Notes: generated by a model from the sequence alone, not told the origin. A stretch of DNA of 64,000 nt from an uncultured Eubacteriales bacterium (GCA_900315465.1 OMZF01000101.1:18181-82180), one strand, 5' to 3'; shown: positions 52,701-58,111, counted from the stretch's first letter. Translations and numbers: made by a program.

Positions 52701-55700
52701 AACTGTTCAGCTTTGGTGCAGTTATAATGGCGGGGAGCCCATTTACGCAGCTAATGCTGATTATGTAAAATCTTTTGTTGGTTCAGAATATGTTTTTGAG
52801 CAAACACTTAATTCCGACAACATTTGGTCTTACACATTTAAGGATCTTCCGCTTTATATGAATGATGGCGGTACGGACAGTGTTCATCCCGAAACAAATG
52901 GTGAACAGAATAATGGTACCTTCTATCAGATTACTTATTACATTATGGAGAAGGATACCAACACAGGTGGTCTGACGGGTTATGATACCTCTTATTCCAA
53001 CACCGGAGCTATTACCAAAACAACCTATTCTTACAATGATGTTGGTGTTCAGCTTGAAAATGGTGATGATAAGAGTATAAATGTCATCAACACCCTTAAG
53101 ACAACCTCAGTTACTGTTAATAAGGCGTGGTCAAACAACAGTTGTCCTGAGACATTGGCTGAAGATAGATATAATGTAAATATCAGCGTTACATCAACTG
53201 ATATTGCTTCTTATAATCAGACCAAGCTAACAACCAATAATACTGTAACTTTTGATGGACTGCCTCTTTATAAATCTGATGGTACGGCGGCAGAGTATAA
53301 GATAGAGGAACTTACCACAACGCCAGAAAATCCGCATAAGTATAATTTTACACCGAGTTACAGCGTTACCAATGGTCAATTTAAACCTACAGCAACTCAC
53401 CAAATAACCGTTACAAACACCCTCCCAATAACAGAGATAGTGATAACTAAGAACTGGCTGGATAAGTTTGAAAATCTTGATTACAGCAGTTTCAGACAGA
53501 CTGTAAACTTTGAAATTCAACGCAGGACGGATGGCACTAATTGGGAAACATTACCGGAAGTTTACACTGCAAGTATTCCAGAATCAAAGGATAATGCTAA
53601 TAACAAGTGGACATATACAATATCAAATCTTCTGAAATATGATGTGAATAATAAACCGTATATGTTCAAGATAAAGGAACTCCCTGTAAACGGTTACGAG
53701 AGGACAAGCCCGGCAGATACAGACACTATTACCGAAACTGCCGCAGCTGACAGTCATTCATTTGCCTTCACAAACAGGTTGTATACCCGTGATATTACTG
53801 TGAATAAAAAGTGGGATGACAGCGGATATACACCGCAAAGCGGAGAAAATCTGCATTATGACATTGATATTACTCTCAGCAAGGATGCTGTGGACAATGT
53901 CAATCCGGCAATAAGCTATACAGGAAAAATTAATGCAGGTACAACTTATGATTCTACACAAGTTGTCAGCGGTGGAAGTGTAATATTCAAAAATGTTCCG
54001 GTATTCGACAAATCAGGTGCAGTTATAGAATACACTGTTTCAGAAAGCCCCTGCAGAGCAAATGAAAGTGCAGAAGTTACGACTCCATACGGTTATTATC
54101 TTGTAAGCGGTTATCCGACAAGTACGAATACAACTGTTAATAGTCAAAGTTGCATTAGTACCTACACATTCCAGAACAAACTCCCCGTTGTTAATATTCC
54201 TGTCACAAAGACATGGAATGTTGATACAAAATATCACACATATCAGAAGAGCAATGTAACTGTTCAGCTTAAACGTGAGAGTACAAACGAATCTCAAAAA
54301 CAGGTTGACGAAAAGGCAATAGAACTAAGCAACGGAACAAATGACAGTTATACATTCTCAAATCAGCTGAAGTATGATGCAGAGTATAACGCTTATACCT
54401 ACAGCGTAACAGAAACTAAACTTGAGGGTTTCAATGTGAGTTATTCACCTCAAAATGTAACAAGTACAGATAATTCACTTGCTCTCGGTGTAACAAACAC
54501 AATGATAACGGGTGATGCGGAAGTAAGGAAAATCGACAAATATATTTTTAATGTTGACAATGGAGTTGAAATTCCTGTATCTGATGCATATTTTGAACTG
54601 TATCAAAAGGATTCATCTAATAATAATGTATATGTAAATGTCCGTTTGCTTAGTGAATCAGATGATGATGTAGGAGAGAATAAAACTTATCCTGCATCTT
54701 ATGTCGGTTACTATGTCATCGACAACAGAACAGGAGCAAGTAACCATTATGTCAAATCCGGCAGTGACGGTTATATCAAATTCAAGGATCTTCCTTTAAA
54801 TAATTACTATCTCAAGGAATGTGAAGGTAGCAATGATACTCCACTTCCGACAGGATTTGTGCTTAATACAGAGGAATATCATTTTACTGTTGGAGTTGAA
54901 AATGCTGCAGCAACTGCCTCAACAACATCGTATTATACCGGTGATAATAACGGTACGCCTTATGGATTTATAGTAAGCAAAGACAACCAAAACCGTATAG
55001 GTAATGAAGAAAATGTACCGCAGGTCGTTATCGGAATACAAAAAGTCGATGCTGAGGATAATACAAAAACTCTTCAGGGTGCGTCTTATCTCGTACTTCG
55101 TATGAAGCATTTTGAGAACAGGACAACTGGTGAAACCTCAGAAGATGATTTTATTGCAAATGCAAAAAAATCTGTTGAAGAAAGCGGAAGAATATATTCC
55201 GAAGATAAAGCTATTGCGAAGTATTGGAACAAAATAGGTTCAGGAATAACTGATTCGGAAGGAAAGTTTATTATTAACAATAAACTTGATGGAACGGATA
55301 TTATATTTGGTACGTATGCATTCCTTGAGGTTCAGGCTCCGATAGGTTATGAATGTACTTATGACCGGAATTATCCAAGAACAGATTCATATGAAGGTAA
55401 TGACTTGTATGTTGAAGTTTCTGCTACACAGATGACACCTCCTGTGATAGTTCATGAGAACCCCCGCAAGAGTACACAGTTAGACATCCTCAAAACCGAT
55501 GAATTCGGTGATCCTCTCAACGGGGCAGAGTTTGAGCTGTATTACAGATCGACAAAGACAAAGGAAATAAAGACCTATTCTTATGATTATAAGGCAAATG
55601 GTACGATTGCCACTCCTTCTGTCAGTGGTGTTCAGGCTATTCAGCCCAGAACTGATCCAGACTATATCTACAAAGATAATTATATAAATGGAAATCGTTG

Positions 55701-58014
55701 GATTCCCGGATACGAAATACAGCTTACCTTTGAAACAGGCTGGGATGATCCGCATATTTACTTCCTTGATGAAAATGATATGCCGATATTACAGCCTAAT
55801 CCGGGTTATCTGTTGGAAAAAGCAAATCCGTCAGATTTGTATTATACTATCCGCACACCTGTAAATGCAGCAAAGTTTGTGCTGAATAATGGCATAAACA
55901 AAGGTTCTTATTCAAAGACCTCAACAGCAACAGAAATTATTGCAGATGCTGATGGTCTGGCAAAATATACTGTTCCGTCAACTGGTGAGTCAGGTAAATA
56001 TGTTCTCACTTCAACAAGTGTTCCCACACCCGTTGTACAGAAATTTGCAGCCGAGAAAAAAGCAACTGACATTCACATAGCAACAGTAGTAACAGGTGAT
56101 GACGGTCAGACTGAAAAGATCACATGGCTTAAACCTGAGGCAGGACATGAATCAGAAAATCCTCAGACAACAGTAGATTCAGACTATATTGGCAATCCTG
56201 TCGGAGATATTAACAATTCTGCTGTGAAAAAAGTTAAAATTGTCAAGTGGGGAGTGTATTATTGGCTTGAAAAATCTGCTCCGAAGGGTTATAATAAGGA
56301 TAGAGAAATATCAGAGCCGTTTGTAGTAGATGCTGAAGAAGCAGATAAGGTAATAAATATCGACAAAGCCATAGATACACGCCAAAAGGGCAAGGTTGAG
56401 CTTACAAAGAAATCCGAGCAGAAATTAGGAAGTGCTGATATAGGAGCTGTACTTTCGGGTGCAGAGTTTGAACTGTATAAAAAGGGTACAACTGATGTTC
56501 GACAGTATCTCCTGAAAAAGAGCAGTAATGAATACTTAGTTGTTGTTGCAGAAACTGGCAAGAGTGAGATTCAGGGTTCAGCAGGAAGTGAGTATCTGAA
56601 TGTTACAGATGCGGATTTGAAGAATACACTTACTACTGCCGGATACGAAGTTAATGGCGACAATAATGACAGTCACTTTAAACTGTATACTGTAGCCACA
56701 ACAGCCGCCACAACAGGAAAATTCCTTATCGAAGGCATTGACTGGGGACAGTATTACCTTAAGGAAACAAAAGCACCTGATAATTACACAAATATTGATT
56801 CTTCCACAAATCAGCCGAACAAGGTAGAATTTTCAGTCGGCAGGAATAATTGTGGTGATGTAAAACAGGAGCTTGTCTGCACAGACGAAATTGAATCTGC
56901 AAAGATACAGATAACAAAGACAATCAACGAATACATTGACGCATGGGGAACACCGACATTCATTTTCAAAATCAAGGGAATGAACGACGAACATAGTGCA
57001 TACACAGACTATGAAAGAACAGTTAGCTTACAGGTTACATCTAAAGATAATAAGTTCTCGACAGATGAAATAAAGGTAGAGCCCGGTGTGTATGAAGTAA
57101 GCGAAATAAATGTATCGAGATATTCTGTATTGAGCTGTTCGATTGATACTACAAATTCAGTTCAGACGTATACAGATTATAGCACTGAAAATTCCGGAAA
57201 GGCAGTATTTAAGGTGGAGAAGAACGGAAAAGTAGTAGTTGACTTTGAAAATACCATTGACTACTATGACAAGTTCACACATACCAATCTGCAAAGGAAT
57301 GACTTCCATGGTTATAAGGGAATAAAGGTAGTTTATAATCAGCTTATTGACCTTGACGATACTGATTCTTTAGCAAATAATAAAACAACTACCATCGAAA
57401 AGAAAAATCTCACAGGTTATCTTATTCCGTCAGGCGGTGGAAATTATGTTCCTATGACTACTGAGCAGCTTGAACAGCTTAGTTTCACCTATACTAATCC
57501 CGGAGAAGATGATGCAAGGTTCGGAACTTCGTTCAAAGATAACACAGATGCTAAGACTATCACTGTGAATAATTCACAGATAGTATCAGCAGGATGTTCG
57601 TATGTTGTTAAGGCGACGTATGGCGGTCTCACAACAGACCTCACTCTGAACTTTAAAGAACGTACACATCCCACAAAAATAACAAAAACTGTTATCTTTA
57701 AAGCAGACAGCGGTAATTATTCATACTTTGAAGATGAAAATGAAAGAACGTCAGAGTATGTATATGTGTACACAATAGACAGTAGTACACAGACCGTATT
57801 AAGCATAACCCACAACGGTAAGCCGGTAAAAGAGGCAGATGTCAAGATTCCGCCATCGGATTATATTAATGTGAATGAAGCTTATAGAAGTTCAAAAACA
57901 TTTAGTATTTGGGAAAGTGATAATCAATCTTATGATTTGAGTAGTTTCGATTTATGGAAGGGTCTCTCCGGAGATGATACGATAACCTTTACCGCAACAC
58001 TTGTCGACAGCTAA
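34783..58014 (+). CDS. giant (7,743 aa) secreted multi-domain surface/adhesin-like protein: Cna-B-like and SpaA-like Ig-fold repeats, no recognisable anchor
   Basis: Uninterrupted 23,232-nt ORF. RBS GGAGG 34771-34775. Signal peptide aa 1-36 (SVFA/DD). By eye about 30 starts of the type [VI]x[VIF]xKxWxDxxNxxxxRP, each with YxYx[VI]xE and [FVI]TNxL ends (Cna-B signature). C-terminal GxYxLxExxAPxGY segments (SpaA-like). No LPXTG or terminal TM helix. Confidence 0.9.
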   Translation: MKTAMYRNDIFKRIISGLLAVVIFFNAAPLDLSVFADDNTTMMGIYNNFMVSSANSEQMTKYTIKYLRKKQMTDSSGNPVYNSDGTPKYQPQYEKDENGDIIYIDEYVRDADNNIVLDANGDPVIQRVPKPLLVNDEIQYEIEDFTSSDFFEYNNGGTYTYIEATGTINMHPGETLNFLSSNDFKDFLIKNRIETIEVTYDPDNDAFLYDPDKAADADDQSQALGNTAVMTYDVKITENQDTHEKNIDVSDCTAITFTSSDYIDLDVTVKWVDDGNGRPDVTDWDFDVKRKAYAQNESIPAYDASTDYDANSSYEESGALAGYTDYEIDVPTPDTTSSNTHIFNYKLPRAAKNGDTFDYIAINNHKNFTDSDYQGVSNPKEYRYERAGKEEFKYFCKTQFTFDISWHDDNNAINSRPDVTNENIKQYIKDHFVLKNKNTNETIDLDDYTVSLTQNDDGTYRVTVDGLDEIDDGSGSAVTYYLEQNSAVIKTSDSSSSDYYALTAQNSGVHSSESDKIYNGSTAVLLLSGEDTFSGEVQWKDEARKTERESKSNIANYVLWRYVGTDTDMKAQVGTFSIDGNADNFSYTDTNGDSIIIPKYDVMGRKYVYYAKQRSFKLSGYEHSYIGGTSTGVADSFSNDAVIQYRLAGTVNYAVNAHWIAAALQGGTGEVRYELQRYNSDTNSWEDVPHEKTNPSQSTTNKSELVIDGFSAEQTSITGAFYEADDDVLPTKYDENGSLIIYRIVQTYADRTDQGVSGNTPYETLISLVVDTETGAFETVTVDGKNYLQLTNGSTPQDANGFVYITVDGLKFKVRAYIDDGTVRFEYILYDEIDVVVNKNWSDPTVDNILDIWGSTVKNKLQVFDYSTGAFVDCQNYNTIYPHLSEIIDEYGNINVKRNDIGKNERDDDTSYNDADDEHYSIRLKDLPMYDDQGRLNKYQIVETSVTKKNGEQIPSKKVYSSSTYIQKDVDNNELIVSNSFVGDGESIKFKKIWLADGEEQYKTNIGIQASIRAMPRPDTDKDTDYVSPNYKQSISAVANRLNKRNGKTKGQEGYIDVTGWEDIENTTELETWILQMKQKIYDDWKAAYIDNIWERADKYIENSTDKRYTWKNEQLSSSISYDPENWIINGYTKEEDEIRYVNVGRLAWDYITNKANLPTRPEDYNDNTPSITAAKTKNEWQQMSGHKYFPWESGYGGIDDIFPELDENNPQSSQTNVTDYPWPEYTGSGWSRNANNFTDVLLSANTENVGNKLDFTSTTDYPNISTTQKNQYSTFVNNVKTDKKLLSTGITLKEDNTWESELGIYPDYNKGTGDGQSQNNYDLRDFREYLAPGQNSNGTTQKSVTSQEFIAVKDNNGTEIEPVKTASNKWVEGAKTTYWYQGDDQSQQQAATNSTDMLNQNVSYISNGKDVIAYSWLAGVLKATYEGGLTRYYAVQEVPQYKGGTPTDENHNKGISEITFMNNRCGVVNYHVQFDWKVGDMIKNGTLKKLKLKLQADYGSGYTDLIIDNNPYFEITITEDLTDYYIYNLPKYTNLGNLITYRISEYSINDDIVFNNDVSDTVRFEKDGTTYQVEREDLATQFNTSSNSDDCYNVKFTNSLSGTTQTTVYKAWIDDSNDQGTGRRPELYIRLYHQSVSDLNGVTTIKQPFARADLGKDYLWEGSNYTDIWTYTYQNLDKYDDDGYPYTYYVEEFPGDLAAYDYVTHYYKGHIDNDDYVNVSGKVIREITGLKNVSNENVNGIDSLAMDGDTIVNKRKKEINIQGTKVWQNIAESLQKKNYPIADIFLYKTTKQANITTAENVYAVPMGQLAGKKLYISLDGLPDKDEDNNSYVYQVFECNANGDNETSIEFNKTGDVIEFSKDNTGSVFYFKIKRTKTTNSDPSTTTTELIKAESVSTYVESSDGQYSLIEYNEDDENKNKTELINITQIFKGDATFGFGREGTLKKNNNEVQYTSHGNALFDYVDGQNEKGLYLPKYDERGALIKYSMRERAINGYTFHISDQTIINDYTGGDKVKIKFHKDWKNMVEDTANAYPKLVITLHQAYIGKDSSNDIQLKDYKTYSKVFYPNSERAKSFEAIFGDTEDLRKYAPDGNEFYYYITERMIDAEHTPGDSLSSDYYCDFQNTYIVAKKNGNSYINTQNNQALDTQNYKKVYPSENDIKIYNDKNDTVMGEYCVFKKTESDGGLEKHSGMGFICTIEEVIPKVTHYKDVDGNLSNVVIADNKYYDSNNPDGIELSTDTLINQYLSGKSVDYHDEDVIVTNRYQPDIENFQGHITVDKSWNNRDSQAENSKNSEFEEISNYKFTLKRKTMKVKEKSLFQIVTGGYYSNRPNVPRIVIGAGLTDGVFQISYNDANDKLVTEWVDENGQHYIKYVDDSNQTVTEILAENAEAPKHPKFYPYGYDDKKLQNYDEAILTEADYKYYACKMVLKKNAYGDIEIPVQVRVYPSSEDRRVEIYGLAIYAQDGVPYTYIIEEVAASAYEASPLRATRQMVVDHASTENTTGYAPVNSLYTVPVDYVQRGKLFLRIEDLPKKDGSNNSYTYSVEECDQNGASLAKQSINLHYENKENNKVALELSKEYADDYSRKLYFKIKRTAGNTTEYLDDASKKAIVYDRYGSDSFALTNILKTFDLRLNKVFGRWYTDSNNQKKYEVITSEDYSQFFNQKYIDSLRFQIQRKLTTDSQWEPYDYRMMSSQSGKTSADAGVISGSQLIYDSGNGTYYFKFIDLPLYKPGSSLLEEDKVYEYRIVEFNEAELDVNVNAKDPATTLSAFYLKVGRKTTEGNTEPEYLTTGFTAKIPGGSDLTVTNGVISVPNPASSNAKIAIEGLDFSDVNGKSYIYEAVQCDSNGDVTSPETIDISGVRLGVWKSQDTEHVEMHYPQYQNDINNVASQTSPYTKHETSQTIKGTTQNVYVRNIFESKSITLDKYWDDDNNADGLRPESLQIRIYENVPNSGNNGAEFLPSTNPVVINKTLKSSEEWHKIVALPMYYYNGKAPIADLTYSIREKTLDAVVTNNGYVHTDYGYKKKENDNVTRVSLAGKETANAPFKLPGADGTDTQPLYGVSSETAVTPIKISDDDFVGLYLENTKTRVNSVLTFTKDWDDDKYKADYRPDNVYVKILRNTKNTATIDDSNMFVVDGLVKDEDTNIIIRNLAENYDYQVLICTSTGSLIETITPTVTTADGVTECSFTTKVTAENQKLYFRLRQKTTNSNSYTVVNKDINGSRLVAIVDKSNISQSDVVKADNQNNPVGIVINSTSYNAAGGVYTIPAGNAANGYNTVVIQNLLKKSGNDVYNYSLVDENGNALNGTNPSLTLYQNVDNPNNYNAMIVYNGTDEFKFKLKQRLGDAQATDVGDSAKRFISADQTTGVVELPVDKNTDKADYYFENLSYGTNASGNTQINGTWSPYYYTVVECDRNGNDITAVMSDTNTPKNETTDSKINVSKKIKFTISGLESIAESKTYINLKITRNGGSATDQIVVYDVNNRPVHITLQETVNGTDQTVNNEYYASVGSVVSNGIIVVPIPSNGSNITGYIEDLPVGYEYNGTWSEYTYNIVRCKANGDNHGTPVTVTPYPLKCEYEYEPLYTDLTFTKTWDSSASDYKLRPSEVYFKLYRTYDGATGADADELVTTFGDNTALTAKINDAVHNISPENGYFTLPVSSDSLTVSFEGLPNGKVVADGHGNGIWKEYKYYIKEVDSNNTDLASTSPYEWEQKKGVEKPFNITKVSNYYTKATLSEGIENSIIKTEHKLEKTWFDEDNTYDIRKNYVVTLQRREGDHGNWQNVDLSGTEITAKEKSDGTPVSLNAEGTNHELLNLTKDKLYAVVSNLPKYSSSGNEYTYRFIEASIGGNDVKGNNASLEENYLFHIPGRNGAETSYVTQWHTGTKDYSVDYDYNTTATSKVTNSVVTNAVSFVSVSANLNWVDEWNLYGKRPESVTYKLWRTKTTITDTGKNDSDGNKIYYRSEPVIDGDFKNYVTVDESEAKDWKHEWSTCAAFDDKGNEYDYFVDIYLNNQDEVIPYYESSGTSNIGYDEHGHIAKKYVFTETYNPPRKSITVSKKWNDQENIFGYRPNDITVNLSCKYEVTEEIYTEKQNDNTVKAYYIKEGDKYYYSGPLSGLYSIVNNDTYTAYSEGSTKTLTSNDSWAYKSFDGLPAWVNPTGTARTNGEYVRVTYYLTENCPANYTCTTADPILLIDTGMRYDSKSADVNNQGIITIPVNSYFKDGNNVKAMIPHLSEKDSYGNTYVYTITEVDSEGNAVSSSDMSATKNEKYDISHDNEIAYDISKPISIESPPDNIYVKVTRAHKVSETKTCTINNTNTITPSETCSVVNSQVVMVQVPKDTSTILTFDVANLPAQNNGHNLTYSAELVDYEGNVQPQDDVTYTSSVTDSITFSVTKSNISTDTTRPEHLFFKIKSNCSYTETETVKKDFSNQDLKAVVFKEEPDVTKVTNTDNPVLLEVPENRSYTFENTLITRDVVVVRNWNDNDYASEKGAAQQTILNDMHYNQKVVLTSDDFGSAVTGRQITEGAYTGFQYSESRVIGSSENAVVFKNLPKFKADGKTEISYKLFMDKTTDAESTGTDVYTDTLPTENGTKITNIADSYRFGTPSANGSKEYGYDSDCYVNQGDTLTKYTIINELPLTAVDVIKTWDDRSNIFKLRPAVPVAHKDSNNKVTTVDPDPLGMTLTTTTTPSIDNSWAAPQSYILKDSVPTDNNNDTWTYSYQKLLKYNKNNQHYYFKADEHFIEQYVNETAKVGDTSYTATDNLYTVPEKDVQNTYCVVFENLPTKDDFGRSYTYIAERCKSDGTAADTQNLTVTTTDTNTVISGTADTNPDNNSEYLYFKLKRRSSHLMDYNDPSYTKHNFSQISEVEVANHIYDGVHALSTQLTLTNALDTRTVTVKKDWYDNDYDSTLASDLHYDLDITLSSPTLECTDNDKKDNSGKYKETIKLTKGNTTGVTFTGLPKYDASGDVIVYNVREDANPKNTSPAADRAAVNITKKTEVTNYDLETAPKFTDGDRHYGYVGSAVYTAENEGTKNYLSQVDITNTLPLTAVKVVKHWDDFSNKYSIRPSSIDLKLTAKTTNDGSTWVDPANDSGNHYLSKTSMTTPTIYTSAGDDWTYTYTKLLKYDVKNLPYSFKVEETFTSPATSVTGYTAPKYCRPSENDNNRQTVTGDALDTLSSGSTWDGNTALSTPMELTNSLDTRDIIVTKTWADNGYTGTDTHYNVKVTLDADNDLTIKEKTIGATVDDLACNVDAATGLITVNVPANTTKSVVIGGLPKKDESGADYTYTVVQCNNIGAQTGTLTPTINHSGDYNVITVSVNNSEAQASDCYIKVKRNTTETVRRIPDNTANAYTDSQIISSRAGSGYSVVFKDVPKYKSDGTAYIFKLTETPSDAVADASTIGQTSGSTVVNSHEFTVSATRFGYTGTCKKKTSGTGNKAYVEQYDITNTLPVYAFNADVEWDDDNNRDGKRPTSDNLSVILSRRIGTGTKSTVATVSTKSDADNKWNYTLTGAVPKYSESNVLYIYSISENDFTNYGSYTRKYSKSITMVASGLPTNNSAESGTNEVSDMNTTTTDTVATFHIKNEYIPEKGSITINKTWAGETLEGHDYRSVARPNDLTVTLKRKYQGENDTVTEETVGTYNGSWTKNDDTWSLTIENLYLNTNPTADKVTNGASKVYTYYFEETVPGGYTVTYSQTQNTGVNLVKDGTVYMGATNTLNKKKVKFYKEWDDSNYSDRDHIHYDVTADIKLNGTVVKNVTIPNGNTTGVEVELPENIGGTATSYTLTETNIKYNYNPTYKVGNSGSYDATATFNTSDNSVTIKNSLPLVRFIVHKDWDDDSNRDNKRPESLTFTLTQNGNLIKSDITTSPGGWTSDYTPYYLVYDKNNAKYTYSITENDFANKSTDYAGSPMSTVISAPVISGNLTEYTYTFTNKKVTTYKGDLQANKKWDGDETHKEYTRPANVTVQLWCSYNGGEPIYAANADYVKSFVGSEYVFEQTLNSDNIWSYTFKDLPLYMNDGGTDSVHPETNGEQNNGTFYQITYYIMEKDTNTGGLTGYDTSYSNTGAITKTTYSYNDVGVQLENGDDKSINVINTLKTTSVTVNKAWSNNSCPETLAEDRYNVNISVTSTDIASYNQTKLTTNNTVTFDGLPLYKSDGTAAEYKIEELTTTPENPHKYNFTPSYSVTNGQFKPTATHQITVTNTLPITEIVITKNWLDKFENLDYSSFRQTVNFEIQRRTDGTNWETLPEVYTASIPESKDNANNKWTYTISNLLKYDVNNKPYMFKIKELPVNGYERTSPADTDTITETAAADSHSFAFTNRLYTRDITVNKKWDDSGYTPQSGENLHYDIDITLSKDAVDNVNPAISYTGKINAGTTYDSTQVVSGGSVIFKNVPVFDKSGAVIEYTVSESPCRANESAEVTTPYGYYLVSGYPTSTNTTVNSQSCISTYTFQNKLPVVNIPVTKTWNVDTKYHTYQKSNVTVQLKRESTNESQKQVDEKAIELSNGTNDSYTFSNQLKYDAEYNAYTYSVTETKLEGFNVSYSPQNVTSTDNSLALGVTNTMITGDAEVRKIDKYIFNVDNGVEIPVSDAYFELYQKDSSNNNVYVNVRLLSESDDDVGENKTYPASYVGYYVIDNRTGASNHYVKSGSDGYIKFKDLPLNNYYLKECEGSNDTPLPTGFVLNTEEYHFTVGVENAAATASTTSYYTGDNNGTPYGFIVSKDNQNRIGNEENVPQVVIGIQKVDAEDNTKTLQGASYLVLRMKHFENRTTGETSEDDFIANAKKSVEESGRIYSEDKAIAKYWNKIGSGITDSEGKFIINNKLDGTDIIFGTYAFLEVQAPIGYECTYDRNYPRTDSYEGNDLYVEVSATQMTPPVIVHENPRKSTQLDILKTDEFGDPLNGAEFELYYRSTKTKEIKTYSYDYKANGTIATPSVSGVQAIQPRTDPDYIYKDNYINGNRWIPGYEIQLTFETGWDDPHIYFLDENDMPILQPNPGYLLEKANPSDLYYTIRTPVNAAKFVLNNGINKGSYSKTSTATEIIADADGLAKYTVPSTGESGKYVLTSTSVPTPVVQKFAAEKKATDIHIATVVTGDDGQTEKITWLKPEAGHESENPQTTVDSDYIGNPVGDINNSAVKKVKIVKWGVYYWLEKSAPKGYNKDREISEPFVVDAEEADKVINIDKAIDTRQKGKVELTKKSEQKLGSADIGAVLSGAEFELYKKGTTDVRQYLLKKSSNEYLVVVAETGKSEIQGSAGSEYLNVTDADLKNTLTTAGYEVNGDNNDSHFKLYTVATTAATTGKFLIEGIDWGQYYLKETKAPDNYTNIDSSTNQPNKVEFSVGRNNCGDVKQELVCTDEIESAKIQITKTINEYIDAWGTPTFIFKIKGMNDEHSAYTDYERTVSLQVTSKDNKFSTDEIKVEPGVYEVSEINVSRYSVLSCSIDTTNSVQTYTDYSTENSGKAVFKVEKNGKVVVDFENTIDYYDKFTHTNLQRNDFHGYKGIKVVYNQLIDLDDTDSLANNKTTTIEKKNLTGYLIPSGGGNYVPMTTEQLEQLSFTYTNPGEDDARFGTSFKDNTDAKTITVNNSQIVSAGCSYVVKATYGGLTTDLTLNFKERTHPTKITKTVIFKADSGNYSYFEDENERTSEYVYVYTIDSSTQTVLSITHNGKPVKEADVKIPPSDYINVNEAYRSSKTFSIWESDNQSYDLSSFDLWKGLSGDDTITFTATLVDS
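40183..50823 (+). repeat. 11 dispersed copies (protein level) of an unclassified 80-105 aa module inside the giant ORF
   Basis: Consensus: [GN]xY[TA][VI]P - x8-12 - [ED][DN]LPxKD - x3-5 - YxYx[VI]x[EQR]C[DNK]xNG - x25-45 - [LF]YFK[IL]KR. Copies start at 40183, 42316, 43213, 44191, 44581, 44893, 45343, 47425, 47788, 49087 and 50572. Confidence 0.7.
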
Positions 58015-58020
58015 ATAATA

Positions 58021-58068
58021 CATTTGTCATTCTGAGATGCAGTTATATGCTCTCAGAATGACGAAATG
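58021..58068 (+). promoter_or_regulatory. intercistronic stem-loop without a T-run (possible attenuator, processing or stabiliser element)
   Basis: CATTTGTCATTCTGAGA (58021-58037) pairs with TCTCAGAATGACGAAATG (58051-58068), with one bulge. It starts 7 nt after the giant ORF stop, and no U-tract follows. Confidence 0.6.
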
Positions 58069-58111
58069 TTATCCATGATTACTCAGTAAGAAGAAAGGAG
58101 AGTAAACATAA

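Noticed and set aside
34982-57674. About 40 short ORFs (60-176 aa) on the minus strand or in alternative plus frames inside the giant gene
   Set aside because: All are embedded in one continuous 23-kb reading frame with a clear repeat-domain signature. Their products are Ile/Phe/Cys/Tyr-rich noise with no RBS context.
57900-58014. Searched for an LPXTG sorting signal, hydrophobic tail and basic tail at the C-terminus of the giant protein
   Set aside because: None is present. The protein ends ...DDTITFTATLVDS. Internal LPxT-like strings (for example TLPTENG and NLPTKDD) are parts of domain motifs, not sorting signals.
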